Shown: positions 57,401-64,000 of the stretch, one piece after another | How positions within the stretch are numbered: the stretch's first letter is position 1 | Layout of the letters: each line of letters starts with the position of its first letter | DNA from: an uncultured Spirochaetia bacterium | GTDB lineage: Bacteria > Oederibacteriota > PGYV01 > Palsa-1178 | DNA: 64,000 bases | NCBI GenBank assembly: GCA_964443355.1 | Contig: CAYUDX010000014.1 | Location: forward strand, 17,992-81,991 | Reading direction: 5' to 3' | Translations under genes and position numbers: made by a program | Notes under the pieces: model-generated | Told to the model about the DNA's origin: nothing | What the model saw: only the letters and a program-made list of their open reading frames with translations | Database searches by the model: none

Positions 57401-59574
57401 GGAAGGGTCGACGAATTGACCGTAAGCGTCACGTTGCCTGTATACCCGTATGTGTAGGTGTCTATTGCCGTCGACTGCCCGGTCTGGGGCGAATTAAACG
57501 AGGCGCCGTACCTGTTTATCTTCGCCAGGTCCCCGCACATGAGCCAGTAGCTGCCGTTATAAGCAACTGAATTTATCGCCCTGGCCCCCCAGTTCACCAG
57601 GTTGGTCGTCTGGTCCGTAAATGTCTCGGAGCCGCTCACGACGGAAGAATAAATGTAGCCAAGCCCCCCGCCCATGAACCACTGTGTCTGCGCCGAATTA
57701 TAATCGATGGAATAAATGCCGTTGGTGCCGAAATCCGTGACGTTGCCGGACTTGTTGGTCAGCGTGCCAAGCGAGTAATCGTAATCGGCCATTTTACCGC
57801 TGTCGCATCCGAGCCTTACCTTGTTGACCCCGTCCCATTTTATGGTATTGACCGAATATGTCCCGCCCAATTTTGATGTTAATGTTGCGTTCAATACGGT
57901 GGTCAGCGTGGAGTTTCCGTCATAAATGGCGAAAGAACCCGTGGTCCCGCCGAGGAACCATTCGTTCCAGGAAGCCATGTATTCGATGGCTTTCACTGTG
58001 TCCGTGGCCCCGAAAGAAGCCAGCACGCTTACATTCGTGAAAGTATTTCCGTCGGCCGATTTCGCGAGGTGCGCGTCGGTCCCGCCAAAAACCCACTGAT
58101 TGTTCGCCCATTTGATGGATGTTATGCTTTCCGTTCCCCAGTTGATATAGCTCGCGCCCGACCTCTGGGTAAATGTCGTCCCGTCGTATTTTGCCAGGTT
58201 TCCGGAGGCGCCTCCTATCATAAAGTAGCCGCCGGTGGGATTGTATGCCACGCAAAGGACGTTGGCCGCGCCCCAGTTAAGGCCGGTCCTTAAGTCCGTA
58301 AAAGTTGTCCCGTCGTATTTATTAATTGAGCCCTGTTCTCCCACAATTATCCAGTATGCTCCCGCGGGGTTGTAAACCGCCCCTTTGATATTATAAAAAC
58401 CGAAGTCCTTGATGCTCGTGCCCAGGTCGGTGTTCGTCGGGGAATTCACCCCGCCGGTCCTCTTCATAAGCCGGCCGTTCCTGCCTCCCAGAAGATTTGT
58501 CCCGCCCGCGGTCGCGGCTATCGCCCATATAGGGTCAACGTCGAATGTTCCGGTCATATTCGCCTGCGGATAAAAAGTCGTCCCGTCAAATGTATAAAGG
58601 CTGGTGCTTGAGCCGTTGTTGCCACCGATGAGCCAGTAAGAGCCGTTGTATTTTATTGACCATACCGTTGTGAATGAAACCGAAGCGGTCCTGTCGGTAA
58701 AAGTGGATCCGTTATACGTGGCCACTTTCCCGCCGCCTCCTCCTATCATCCAGTATGTCCCGTTCCAGTCGAGAGAATATATGTCGTATGTCCCGTTCCA
58801 TACCCCGGCCCCCGCAAGCGTCGCGGAAAGGTCCGTCCATGTGGATGCCCCGTCGTATTTGCAGATCTTGCCGTTGGTCCCAACGATGAGCCAGTAGGCC
58901 CCGTTCCATCCTATCGCCCTGACCTCGTCCGTGGTGGCAAAATTTCCGCCGCCGCTTCCGCCCGCCGTGGTCAATCCGGTCTTAAGGTCGGTGAAGGTCG
59001 TCCCGTCGTATTTATTGAGGGACGCGCTCGTGCCGCCGATGAGCCAGTAGGAAGGCGCGCCGCTCTTCCAGGCCATCGCCCTGACATTTCCGGTAAAATT
59101 TACCATGCTTGGTTTTTTATCGGTCCAGGTGCTTACTCCGTCCCACTGGTTAAGGCTCGGGCCGTCTCCGCCCACAAGCCAGTATGTGCCGTTGGCCTTT
59201 ACGGCCGAGACGCTGTTGGTTCCGAAATTAATAAGGGAAAGTGTAAGGTTGGTGAAAAAAGTCCCGTCGTATTTATTTATCTTGCCGCCGTCGCCGCCGA
59301 TTAGCCAGATGGCGTTTGCGTTGTCATAATCAATGCACCTGACCCCCCCGCCCCAGTCTATTACCCCGGTGGTTTCCGCAAATTGGTTGGCGGTCGTAAG
59401 GCCGAGCCTGTTGTTTATGGTATAATCCCAGTTCGCCGTGGTGGCTACCGTGTTTTCAAAGGTGTTCGTGGTAAAATTTTCGGTAAAGGTTACGGCTCCG
59501 GCCTGGACGGCCGCCAGGAATGTGAATAACGCCGATAGCATTAACACTGACAGGGTCTTTTTTGATATCACCAC
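51403..59574 (-). CDS. Giant surface protein/adhesin (about 2723 aa): signal peptide, 14 propeller-like repeats, Thr-rich stalk, multiple Ig-like domains and a jelly-roll-like domain, second stalk, T9SS/FlgD-like CTD
   Basis: AAGGAG RBS 6 nt before GTG 59574; repeats YW(L/M)IGG..(I/L)NKYDGTTFTD; Big-like repeats ITVTAKDSYNNVVTTYAGTVGFTSTD; CTD AVYPNPY..VEIYDIQGYKV..WNGTN..AAGIYMY..GKIYIIK. Confidence 0.88.
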   Translation of the reverse strand: MVISKKTLSVLMLSALFTFLAAVQAGAVTFTENFTTNTFENTVATTANWDYTINNRLGLTTANQFAETTGVIDWGGGVRCIDYDNANAIWLIGGDGGKINKYDGTFFTNLTLSLINFGTNSVSAVKANGTYWLVGGDGPSLNQWDGVSTWTDKKPSMVNFTGNVRAMAWKSGAPSYWLIGGTSASLNKYDGTTFTDLKTGLTTAGGSGGGNFATTDEVRAIGWNGAYWLIVGTNGKICKYDGASTWTDLSATLAGAGVWNGTYDIYSLDWNGTYWMIGGGGGKVATYNGSTFTDRTASVSFTTVWSIKYNGSYWLIGGNNGSSTSLYTFDGTTFYPQANMTGTFDVDPIWAIAATAGGTNLLGGRNGRLMKRTGGVNSPTNTDLGTSIKDFGFYNIKGAVYNPAGAYWIIVGEQGSINKYDGTTFTDLRTGLNWGAANVLCVAYNPTGGYFMIGGASGNLAKYDGTTFTQRSGASYINWGTESITSIKWANNQWVFGGTDAHLAKSADGNTFTNVSVLASFGATDTVKAIEYMASWNEWFLGGTTGSFAIYDGNSTLTTVLNATLTSKLGGTYSVNTIKWDGVNKVRLGCDSGKMADYDYSLGTLTNKSGNVTDFGTNGIYSIDYNSAQTQWFMGGGLGYIYSSVVSGSETFTDQTTNLVNWGARAINSVAYNGSYWLMCGDLAKINRYGASFNSPQTGQSTAIDTYTYGYTGNVTLTVNSSTLPANTSIAYYLSTNGSTWTPVTSGIGIANTGTEILWRAILTTYNNFVSPYVSNLQIDFTRNPAWTFTVTPTFTITKTFTATPTITMTSTATPTYTVTPSVTPTDTETVTPTVTQTVTPTSTPTVTPTNTPTFTVTQTDTPTWTPTVTKTVTQTVTPTVTPTVTQTDTETVTPTVTQTVTQTVTPTITPSVTQTVTQTVTQTVTPTVTETVTPTITPSVTQTVTQTVTQTVTPTVTETVTPTVTPTVTRTVTQTVTQTVTPTVTPTVTQTVTQTVTPTVTQTVTPTDTPTFTPTNTPTFTVTPSVTQTDTQTVTPTVTPTVTQTATPTVTASTTQTVTQTVTPTDTPTATPTVTATAYADHFQVIAAPAQVAGVPFTAQVQAMEPLSYGNLVFTGYTGQVDMSSNASSYSITPLVYVFTGAENGVTTVSVQINNTGSKAIIATDDAGILATGTAVVNLTTGSAVSFTIQAPASCSAGQYIYITVTAKDSYNNVVTTYAGTVGFTSTDTGAFTVLPPDTAFTLANNGTRSFYVTLTTEGIQTISAHDDVTPSIKGTSNGINVNAGALSTFQVVAPATANTGISFNYAVTAVDQYGNIISNFTDLVALTTTDNSGTMAPASYTFQLTDGGTRILSAILNTAGTWTITATDAGAGKSGTSGPIVASSSASQYSQPLLLTSYLPTQDAYGYAYISITNNAGIAFTVPASSFLQFDVFIPDYSADFYCSVENNGTWNPGGQLRDFTPYIRDQNNIRIHPSTDISAYARGQWYHRKFDFSPAGLANHNSLEFFLSQDTGNLGQNGAPSNNQGTFNAIYDNIQFTNSSGTTIKSIFMNNNILGVTGWVPNPVSSTVGAGASWIGGTVIPTNNWVFILKDMTLSVVGSPVLANGVATATITAHVTSPGGNPVFGALIDFTSNRPGDIITPQNLLVGNTRAVTDVNGNASATIKSTLEGSAQITATLSHMSRITTVNFTATAASKVTIIPNYLSLQSNSPGSIQVSIQDVNGNNISYAQNITMTSTSGTMQFSQDNGNTWLTTVYLPGTQVNNILVRDSVDGNSTVSAAVTGLTTGTAAITVNDTPASSLSIIPATQTNMAGNTATIIVQAKDSLGNSANSNAVVKLSSASATMQFSTDQNNWFTTVNVTLASGKATLYYMDTKNGNSVTITAHDTAAALTDGKAYATTISNVAALLSATASAYSAPISTPLTITALLTDAYGNPITNTAITFVPKASGGAPTVAPASGNTDANGHVTTTFTTGASTDQMNYCVVNSAGVLGTTVIIYISGTATQIVPNPNPMALGADIIGSLGVNLQDAGGFNAQPKSGDTSLTIAANANVQYSLDGVTWSGLNTALPFTVNSSGYCLIYIKSHTPGTYTFVISGTGYTSATETLNVTTGYFLHITPPASSGTIFAPAGSTYSVMAYITDQNGTAQAIANVPISFDSNYGSVNPISGYSNAAGQLSTILTLSISSGIGHIVTATMSNPSGVTSSAIIMSQPVITFAISAPSTAFRSWGTYITFYTIIVRAKDAYNQTVTNYTGTVHFTSTDPLATLPSDYTFVAGDNGVHQFTVIKYGTDGLQNITAKDTLDATKTGVSNNTLVGDPLTFTFTPTVTKTITPTVTQTVTPTVTKTVTQTVTQTVTQTVTPTVTQTVTPTVTKTVTATVTQTVTQTVTPTITITVTQTVTKTVTQTDTETVTQTVTPTITITVTQTVTKTVTQTDTETVTQTVTPTITATDTQTVTPTVTPTITETSTNTFTVTKTVTQTVTPTYTATPTFTATPTFTATPSVTPTFTISPTFSVSPTFTDTPTVTPTSTITPPWTATVTPTITPTFTFTNTYTISPTYTATSTFTATPSVTKTGTPTVTETVTETETATITQTPTITRTHTISPTYTTSPTFTNTPTITTTSTITPTASPTPDMIAVYPNPYSPTKAYNGTLKFDFMPPNSTVEIYDIQGYKVKEFDGVSGRIEWNGTNMNGEKCAAGIYMYIVTTGAGKYTGKIYIIK
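51665..52610 (-). repeat. Second Thr/Val/Pro/Gln stalk of the giant protein (12-nt TVTP/TVTQ units; includes a 28-aa higher-order duplication)
   Basis: TVTQTVTPTITITVTQTVTKTVTQTDTE occurs twice in tandem. Confidence 0.88.
56335..57220 (-). repeat. First Thr/Val/Pro/Gln stalk of the giant protein (includes a 28-aa higher-order duplication)
   Basis: TVTPTITPSVTQTVTQTVTQTVTPTVTE occurs twice in tandem; source of antisense ORFs 56326..57303 and 56342..56953. Confidence 0.88.
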
Positions 59575-59788
59575 AAGCGTCTCCTTGTAATTATTCCTCA
59601 CCTTTACAGTATTAATAGTATCACAAAATAAATCAAATTCAACCGATAAATGGGAGTATTTTCCAATATCACCTTATTATGTAGGTTTTAACGTATATAT
59701 GGGAATGCGCAAATTCCATTTTCACGCTATAATTTTAGGCTGTTTTTTATCATATGCCAATTGACATGGATGTCCGGGGACGTCTATA

Positions 59789-60979
59789 ATGTCTTTCATG
59801 GACAAAAAAAAGATGCTCGGACATTTTATACTTACAATATCGCTTTTTATGGCGGCTTCCGTGCTTTCAGACGCTTTTGTGAACATTTACCTGTGGCGGC
59901 TGAGGGCCGATTACCTGCCAATTACGATGTATATGCTGGCCTGCTACGCCACGGTCCCGGTGGTGTTTTACCTGTGCGGATATATAGGGATGAAAATAGA
60001 CCGCACCGCCATATATATAATAGGAATATTCTGCTACGTGGCGTTTTATTTTATGGTGCTGATATTCCGCGAGCACATTACGGATCACGTTTTGCTATGG
60101 GGATTTATCAAGGGGCTTGCAATGGGGTTTTACTGGTTCGGTTACCATATCCTGACCTTTGATTTCACCACGACACACGACAGGGACTCTTTTTACGCGA
60201 ATACTTCCATAATATCCGGCGCCTGCTCGCTGGCAGGCCCCATGCTTGCCGGCTTTATCATAACCGCCTTCCCGTCGTTCTCGGGATATTACATAATCTT
60301 CGCATGTTCCGCCGTGCTTTTCATATCCTCGGCGGTTCTTTCATATTCAATGAAATCCACCCCGATAAAAAAGGCCTACAAGATAGAGGATCTCATCTTT
60401 TCGTCGGACGTAAAATGGCGCGATACAATGATCGCCTATTTTTTTCTCTCGGGCAGGGACGCCATATCGATATTCCTCATCTCCATCCTGGTCTTTAAAT
60501 CCACAGGCAACGAGTTCACCCTGGGAAAATATTCGATGATAGTGGCACTGGCCACAGTCTCCACCGCCTACATACTGGGAAAATTTTCAAGGCCCTCCAC
60601 CAGGGACGGTTTTGTCCTGACCGGCGCCGTGATATCGTTCCTCATGTCCTTCCTGCTCATTTACAGGATAAACATTTACACGCTTCTGGCCTACGGCATA
60701 ATCGGCGCAGTCGCGGATTACCTGGTCAGGATACCGATATCCGCGCACGCTCTCGACGTCATCAGCCTTGACGCCAACGCCAGCGAGAGGAAGATGGAAT
60801 ACATAGTGGCCCGCGACGTGCCCGTGGCCATGGGAAGGATATCCATGCTCGCGGTATTCGTGATGTTCTTAAGGTACATGCCCGCGTCGGGCATAAAGGC
60901 CATAATACTCCTCATCTCGGCCTTTCCATTCGGCGTTTATTTTTTCATGAGGAACAAAAAAAACGCGGATAAAAAATAA
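59789..60979 (+). CDS. MFS transporter
   Basis: About 12 hydrophobic segments in two halves; GLAMGFYWFG..RDSFYA..LAGPMLAGFII motif. Confidence 0.85.
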   Translation: MSFMDKKKMLGHFILTISLFMAASVLSDAFVNIYLWRLRADYLPITMYMLACYATVPVVFYLCGYIGMKIDRTAIYIIGIFCYVAFYFMVLIFREHITDHVLLWGFIKGLAMGFYWFGYHILTFDFTTTHDRDSFYANTSIISGACSLAGPMLAGFIITAFPSFSGYYIIFACSAVLFISSAVLSYSMKSTPIKKAYKIEDLIFSSDVKWRDTMIAYFFLSGRDAISIFLISILVFKSTGNEFTLGKYSMIVALATVSTAYILGKFSRPSTRDGFVLTGAVISFLMSFLLIYRINIYTLLAYGIIGAVADYLVRIPISAHALDVISLDANASERKMEYIVARDVPVAMGRISMLAVFVMFLRYMPASGIKAIILLISAFPFGVYFFMRNKKNADKK

Positions 60980-60992
60980 CCGCCGGCCGTAT

Positions 60993-61029
60993 AAATAAAA
61001 AAGGGCGCCTAAGGCGCCCTTTTTTATTT
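60993..61029. terminator. Bidirectional terminator between convergent genes
   Basis: AAATAAAAAAGGGCGCC-taa-GGCGCCCTTTTTTATTT. Confidence 0.9.
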
Positions 61030-61056
61030 TAGATCCTGACAGTCGTTGTTTTCTAT

Positions 61057-62307
61057 TTAGTTATTTCCCCTGTTATGGCCCTGTTGAGGCTCCTGTGTCG
61101 AATTGCCGCTGTTGCCCGAAGAGTCCCCCGGAGAATGCGTCCCCGCCGAAGCAGCCGCGCTGTTACCCTCGCTGTCGCTCTTCGCGTTTTTGCTGTTGCC
61201 GGAAGGCGCAACCCTGGCGTTGCCCGTGTTGCCGGACGCCCCTGCCGCAGGCTGTTTTCCTTTGCCCTTAACCATACCTTTTGCCGTCTGCGTGGTTTTT
61301 GAGTAGGAGGCGTTGAGGCTGTTGCCCGCCTTATCCGTTTTCGCATTCGGGGTGACCGGAGCGAAAGATGCGTTCTTGCCCGGGTTATTGCCGCTTACCG
61401 GCTGTGCCGCGGCTGACGCAGCAGGATTGTTCGCCCTGTAACCAACCGCCATGGATGATTTATTCTGTTCCTGCGGGACCGCATTATTTGAAGTTTCGTT
61501 CGCTTTATTCATATCCTGCCCGCTCATGCCCCGGCTGTTTCCGCCATCGGCTGCGTTGCTCTGGTTTTTGCCGTTGTTCTGTCCGTTGCCGTTGTTGTTC
61601 CAGTTGCGGTTGTCGCCGTTGATCCTGTCGCCCTCATTGCCATGGTCCTTGTTATATTCCGGTATGTTACCGTACTGCCTCTTGAATTTTTTAGGGAAAG
61701 CCTCTTCCTTCTTGAACGTTCCCGTCTTTATCCTGGTATAATTCTCTTCCCTGTTTAGGTCGTCGAAATTCCATTCATTGTTGAAAACGAATTTTTTCTC
61801 CCGCTGGAATACGACGCGCTTCGCCCCTTTGGTGAAAACATTGTTCTCCATCAGCACGCCTTCGGCGTTAAACCTCTGCCAGGCGCCGTCTTTTATCCCG
61901 GCCCTGTAAAATCCCGACTCGAATATCCTGCCGCTGGGGTAATATGTCCTGTACATGCCTTCGCGCCTGTTGTTCCTGTACATTATTTCCGCGCCGATCT
62001 TTCCGGGCGCATAATACATCCTGACAAGGCCGTCTATGACCGCGCCTTTTTTGATGATGAGCCCGTCCCCGTTCATTATCCACACGGCCACCGGTTCGTT
62101 CATCCTGAAAAACACGAACCTGTTGTCGTAAACCTTCAGCGTGGTTTCCTCTTCCGGCGCAACATTGTTGACGGCGTAAGTCGTGTTGACAGCCAGCGCC
62201 GTAACCGGCGGGCCGCCCGCGGGATTGCCGTTTTCGACATAAACCGTGCACGAAGCAAAAAACAGCGGAGCAAGAAATAACGAGATCACAAACCCTTTGT
62301 TTCCCAT
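61057..62307 (-). CDS. Lipoprotein with MORN-variant (YwqK-like) repeats and a long Asn/Gly/Ser/Ala-rich tail (start corrected to 62307)
   Basis: GGAGG RBS; lipobox FASC; EGMYRTYYPSGRIFESGFY..KDGAWQRFNAEG. Confidence 0.75.
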   Translation of the reverse strand: MGNKGFVISLFLAPLFFASCTVYVENGNPAGGPPVTALAVNTTYAVNNVAPEEETTLKVYDNRFVFFRMNEPVAVWIMNGDGLIIKKGAVIDGLVRMYYAPGKIGAEIMYRNNRREGMYRTYYPSGRIFESGFYRAGIKDGAWQRFNAEGVLMENNVFTKGAKRVVFQREKKFVFNNEWNFDDLNREENYTRIKTGTFKKEEAFPKKFKRQYGNIPEYNKDHGNEGDRINGDNRNWNNNGNGQNNGKNQSNAADGGNSRGMSGQDMNKANETSNNAVPQEQNKSSMAVGYRANNPAASAAAQPVSGNNPGKNASFAPVTPNAKTDKAGNSLNASYSKTTQTAKGMVKGKGKQPAAGASGNTGNARVAPSGNSKNAKSDSEGNSAAASAGTHSPGDSSGNSGNSTQEPQQGHNRGNN

Positions 62308-62416
62308 ACCCACCTCCGGGATTAAAATAACTTTTATTTGTGTATCTTGGACGCGCAAACCACCCAAATGGTTTACATGCCGGATATTATAACATAAAAC
62401 GGCCGCAAACAGCGGC

Positions 62417-62445
62417 AAAAAAAAAGGCCCGGGTTTCCCCGGGCC
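62417..62445 (-). terminator. Intrinsic terminator after rplS
   Basis: Minus strand reads GGCCCGGG-GAAA-CCCGGGCC-T9. Confidence 0.9.
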
Positions 62446-62469
62446 TCGGATATTTTACCGTTGAACCTG

Positions 62470-62970
62470 TTATTTTTTCTTTCCGGCTTTCGCGTCGGCC
62501 TTTTTCTGTTCCGCGTGCTCGGCCTTCCTCTGCTCTTTCGACTTGGCCTTTTCCGCTTCGATCTCGGCGGCTTCCTTGTTGACCTCGACGGACTCCACGG
62601 ACAGGTTCTCCGCGCCGAATTTCTTCGCCTCTTTTTTGGCCTTTGCCCCGAAGGCGTTCCTCAGGTGGTAAAGTTTCGCCTTTTTCGAATCTCCCTGCGT
62701 GAGCACTGTGATGGATTCGATCATGGGAGAATGCAGCGGGAAGGTCCTCTCGACGCCTATGCCGCCGGCGGATATCTTCCTGACCGTGATCATTGCGTCC
62801 AGCTCGGTCCCCCTCTTTGCGATCAGGATCCCCTCGAAAGCCTGTATCCTTTCCTTTCCGCCCTCGAGTATCCTTGTGTTGACCTTGAGCGTAGAGCCCA
62901 CGGCCAGGCGGCTGTTGTCCCTTCCCTTTTTCTTGTATAATTTGTTGACAATTTCCTGGATATTAGCCAT
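62470..62970 (-). CDS. rplS: 50S ribosomal protein L19 with an Ala/Lys/Glu-rich C-terminal extension
   Basis: KERIQAFEGILIA, TVRKISAGGIGVERTFPLHSPMI, KAKLYHLR. Confidence 0.96.
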   Translation of the reverse strand: MANIQEIVNKLYKKKGRDNSRLAVGSTLKVNTRILEGGKERIQAFEGILIAKRGTELDAMITVRKISAGGIGVERTFPLHSPMIESITVLTQGDSKKAKLYHLRNAFGAKAKKEAKKFGAENLSVESVEVNKEAAEIEAEKAKSKEQRKAEHAEQKKADAKAGKKK

Positions 62971-62974
62971 TTTT

Positions 62975-63712
62975 TTAGCTCCTTTCGTTCTTCAATTCTT
63001 CCAGAAATATTTTCTCTTCCTTTGTAAGTTCCATGTTTTCGAGCAGGTCCGGCCTGTTCTCGAAAGTTTTTTTAAGGGCCTGTTTCCTGCGCCATTTTTT
63101 TATTTCGGCGTGGTTGCCCGATGTCAGGATCTCCGGCACGGAGAGCCCCAAAAATTCCCTGGGCCTTGTGTAGTGCGGGTAATCCAGTATGCCGTTGACG
63201 AAAGATTCGTTCTTTGCGGAATCCGCGTTCCCGAGCACTCCCGGCAGCAGCCTTATAACGCCTTCTATTATGGCCAGCGCGCCGAATTCACCGCCCGAGA
63301 GGACGTAGTCCCCTATGCATATTTCCTCGTCGACAAAATTCAGCACGCGCTCGTCGACCCCCTCGTATCTTCCGCAAACCAGCACGAGTTCGTCGAGCAG
63401 CGAATACTCCTCAAGCTTCTTCTGCGTCAGTTTCTTCCCCGACGCGCTTAAAAGAACCACCCTGCGTTTCCGCGGCCCGCTTTTTGCCTTCACGCTTTCA
63501 AGGGCCCTGTAAAGCGGCTCTATCTTCATCACCATGCCCTCGAGTCCGCCGAAAGGCACGTCGTCCGTCGTCTTATGCTTGTCCTCCGCGAAATCCCTGA
63601 TGTTCACCACGCTGAAAGCCGCGGCCCCGGATTCCCTGGCTATCTTGATCATCGAAAAATCCAGGGTCTTCTCAAAAACCTCGGGGAATATCGTGAGGAC
63701 CGTTACATCCAT
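62975..63712 (-). CDS. trmD: tRNA (guanine37-N1)-methyltransferase
   Basis: VLTIFPE, DDVPFGG..GMVMK, VCGRYEGVDER, ICIGDYVLSGGE, LDYPHYTRP, SGNHAEI. Confidence 0.98.
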   Translation of the reverse strand: MDVTVLTIFPEVFEKTLDFSMIKIARESGAAAFSVVNIRDFAEDKHKTTDDVPFGGLEGMVMKIEPLYRALESVKAKSGPRKRRVVLLSASGKKLTQKKLEEYSLLDELVLVCGRYEGVDERVLNFVDEEICIGDYVLSGGEFGALAIIEGVIRLLPGVLGNADSAKNESFVNGILDYPHYTRPREFLGLSVPEILTSGNHAEIKKWRRKQALKKTFENRPDLLENMELTKEEKIFLEELKNERS

Positions 63713-63954
63713 CCGTCTTCGTCAACTATCTCAACCGGGAGCTTCTTTTTTATCCCCCTGTTGATGGAAGCCATAGAGATAAGGCTCCGTATCGCCTTTA
63801 TCGTCTTGCCTTCGCGGCCTATTATGTTCTTGGTGTCGTTCTTCGAGACCTTAACGAGGTATTTCTTCATCATGCCGTCGTCAATCTCGCGCACGGCCAC
63901 CTTGTCCCTTTCGTTTACTATAAGCCCCGCCACATAACCAAGAAGTTCCTTCAT
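63703..63954 (-). CDS. khpA: KH-domain RNA-binding protein (KhpA/YlqC-like)
   Basis: MKELLGYVAGLIV..IIGREGKTIKAIRSL (GxxG loop); the 3' end overlaps the trmD start. Confidence 0.85.
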   Translation of the reverse strand: MKELLGYVAGLIVNERDKVAVREIDDGMMKKYLVKVSKNDTKNIIGREGKTIKAIRSLISMASINRGIKKKLPVEIVDEDGWM

Positions 63955-63958
63955 TCTT

Positions 63959-64000
63959 TTATTTCGCCTTTTTCTCTTTCTTGACTTTCGGTTTTTTTAC
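63959..64000 (-). CDS. C-terminal fragment (VKKPKVKKEKKAK*) of the upstream gene, probably rpsP with a Lys-rich tail
   Basis: Open frame to TAA at 63959-63961; the identity rests only on the conserved rpsP-khpA synteny. Confidence 0.4.
   Translation of the reverse strand, partial: VKKPKVKKEKKAK

Overview
This is a mostly minus-strand chromosomal window from a diderm bacterium. It reads with the standard code and contains no integrase, transposase, prophage or CRISPR-cas genes. The core housekeeping genes are apt, a sigma-70 factor, acylphosphatase, merR, gpsA, plsY, der, a BirA-type ligase, nadC, valS, accA, nrdR, glyA, rpiB, spoVS, rsmI, rpmB, rel, rplS, trmD and khpA. Three accessory elements stand out. 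(1) A T9SS-like surface-protein export cluster: three PorV/PorQ-like barrels lie next to large Thr/Pro-stalked secreted proteins (a GH8 with three CBM11-like modules, a ~2720-aa double-propeller/Ig adhesin, and a partial delta-60-repeat protein missed by the ORF track). An ECF sigma/anti-sigma pair sits in the same cluster, and the anti-sigma itself ends in a CTD/FlgD-Ig-like domain. (2) A 1.1-kb tRNA-Pro locus holds two intact tRNAs (GGG, CGG), truncated copies interrupted at the D-loop GTAG, and six length-conserved, covarying GTAG-footed hairpins resembling REP elements. (3) A minimal Tad module consists of a secretin and a CpaE/CpaF-like fusion ATPase. rimM is absent from its usual place between khpA and trmD. 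All product calls come from motif recognition by eye; no database searches were run. The lineage is not Bacteroidota-like by gene content and may be a candidate phylum such as Goldbacteria (unverified inference).
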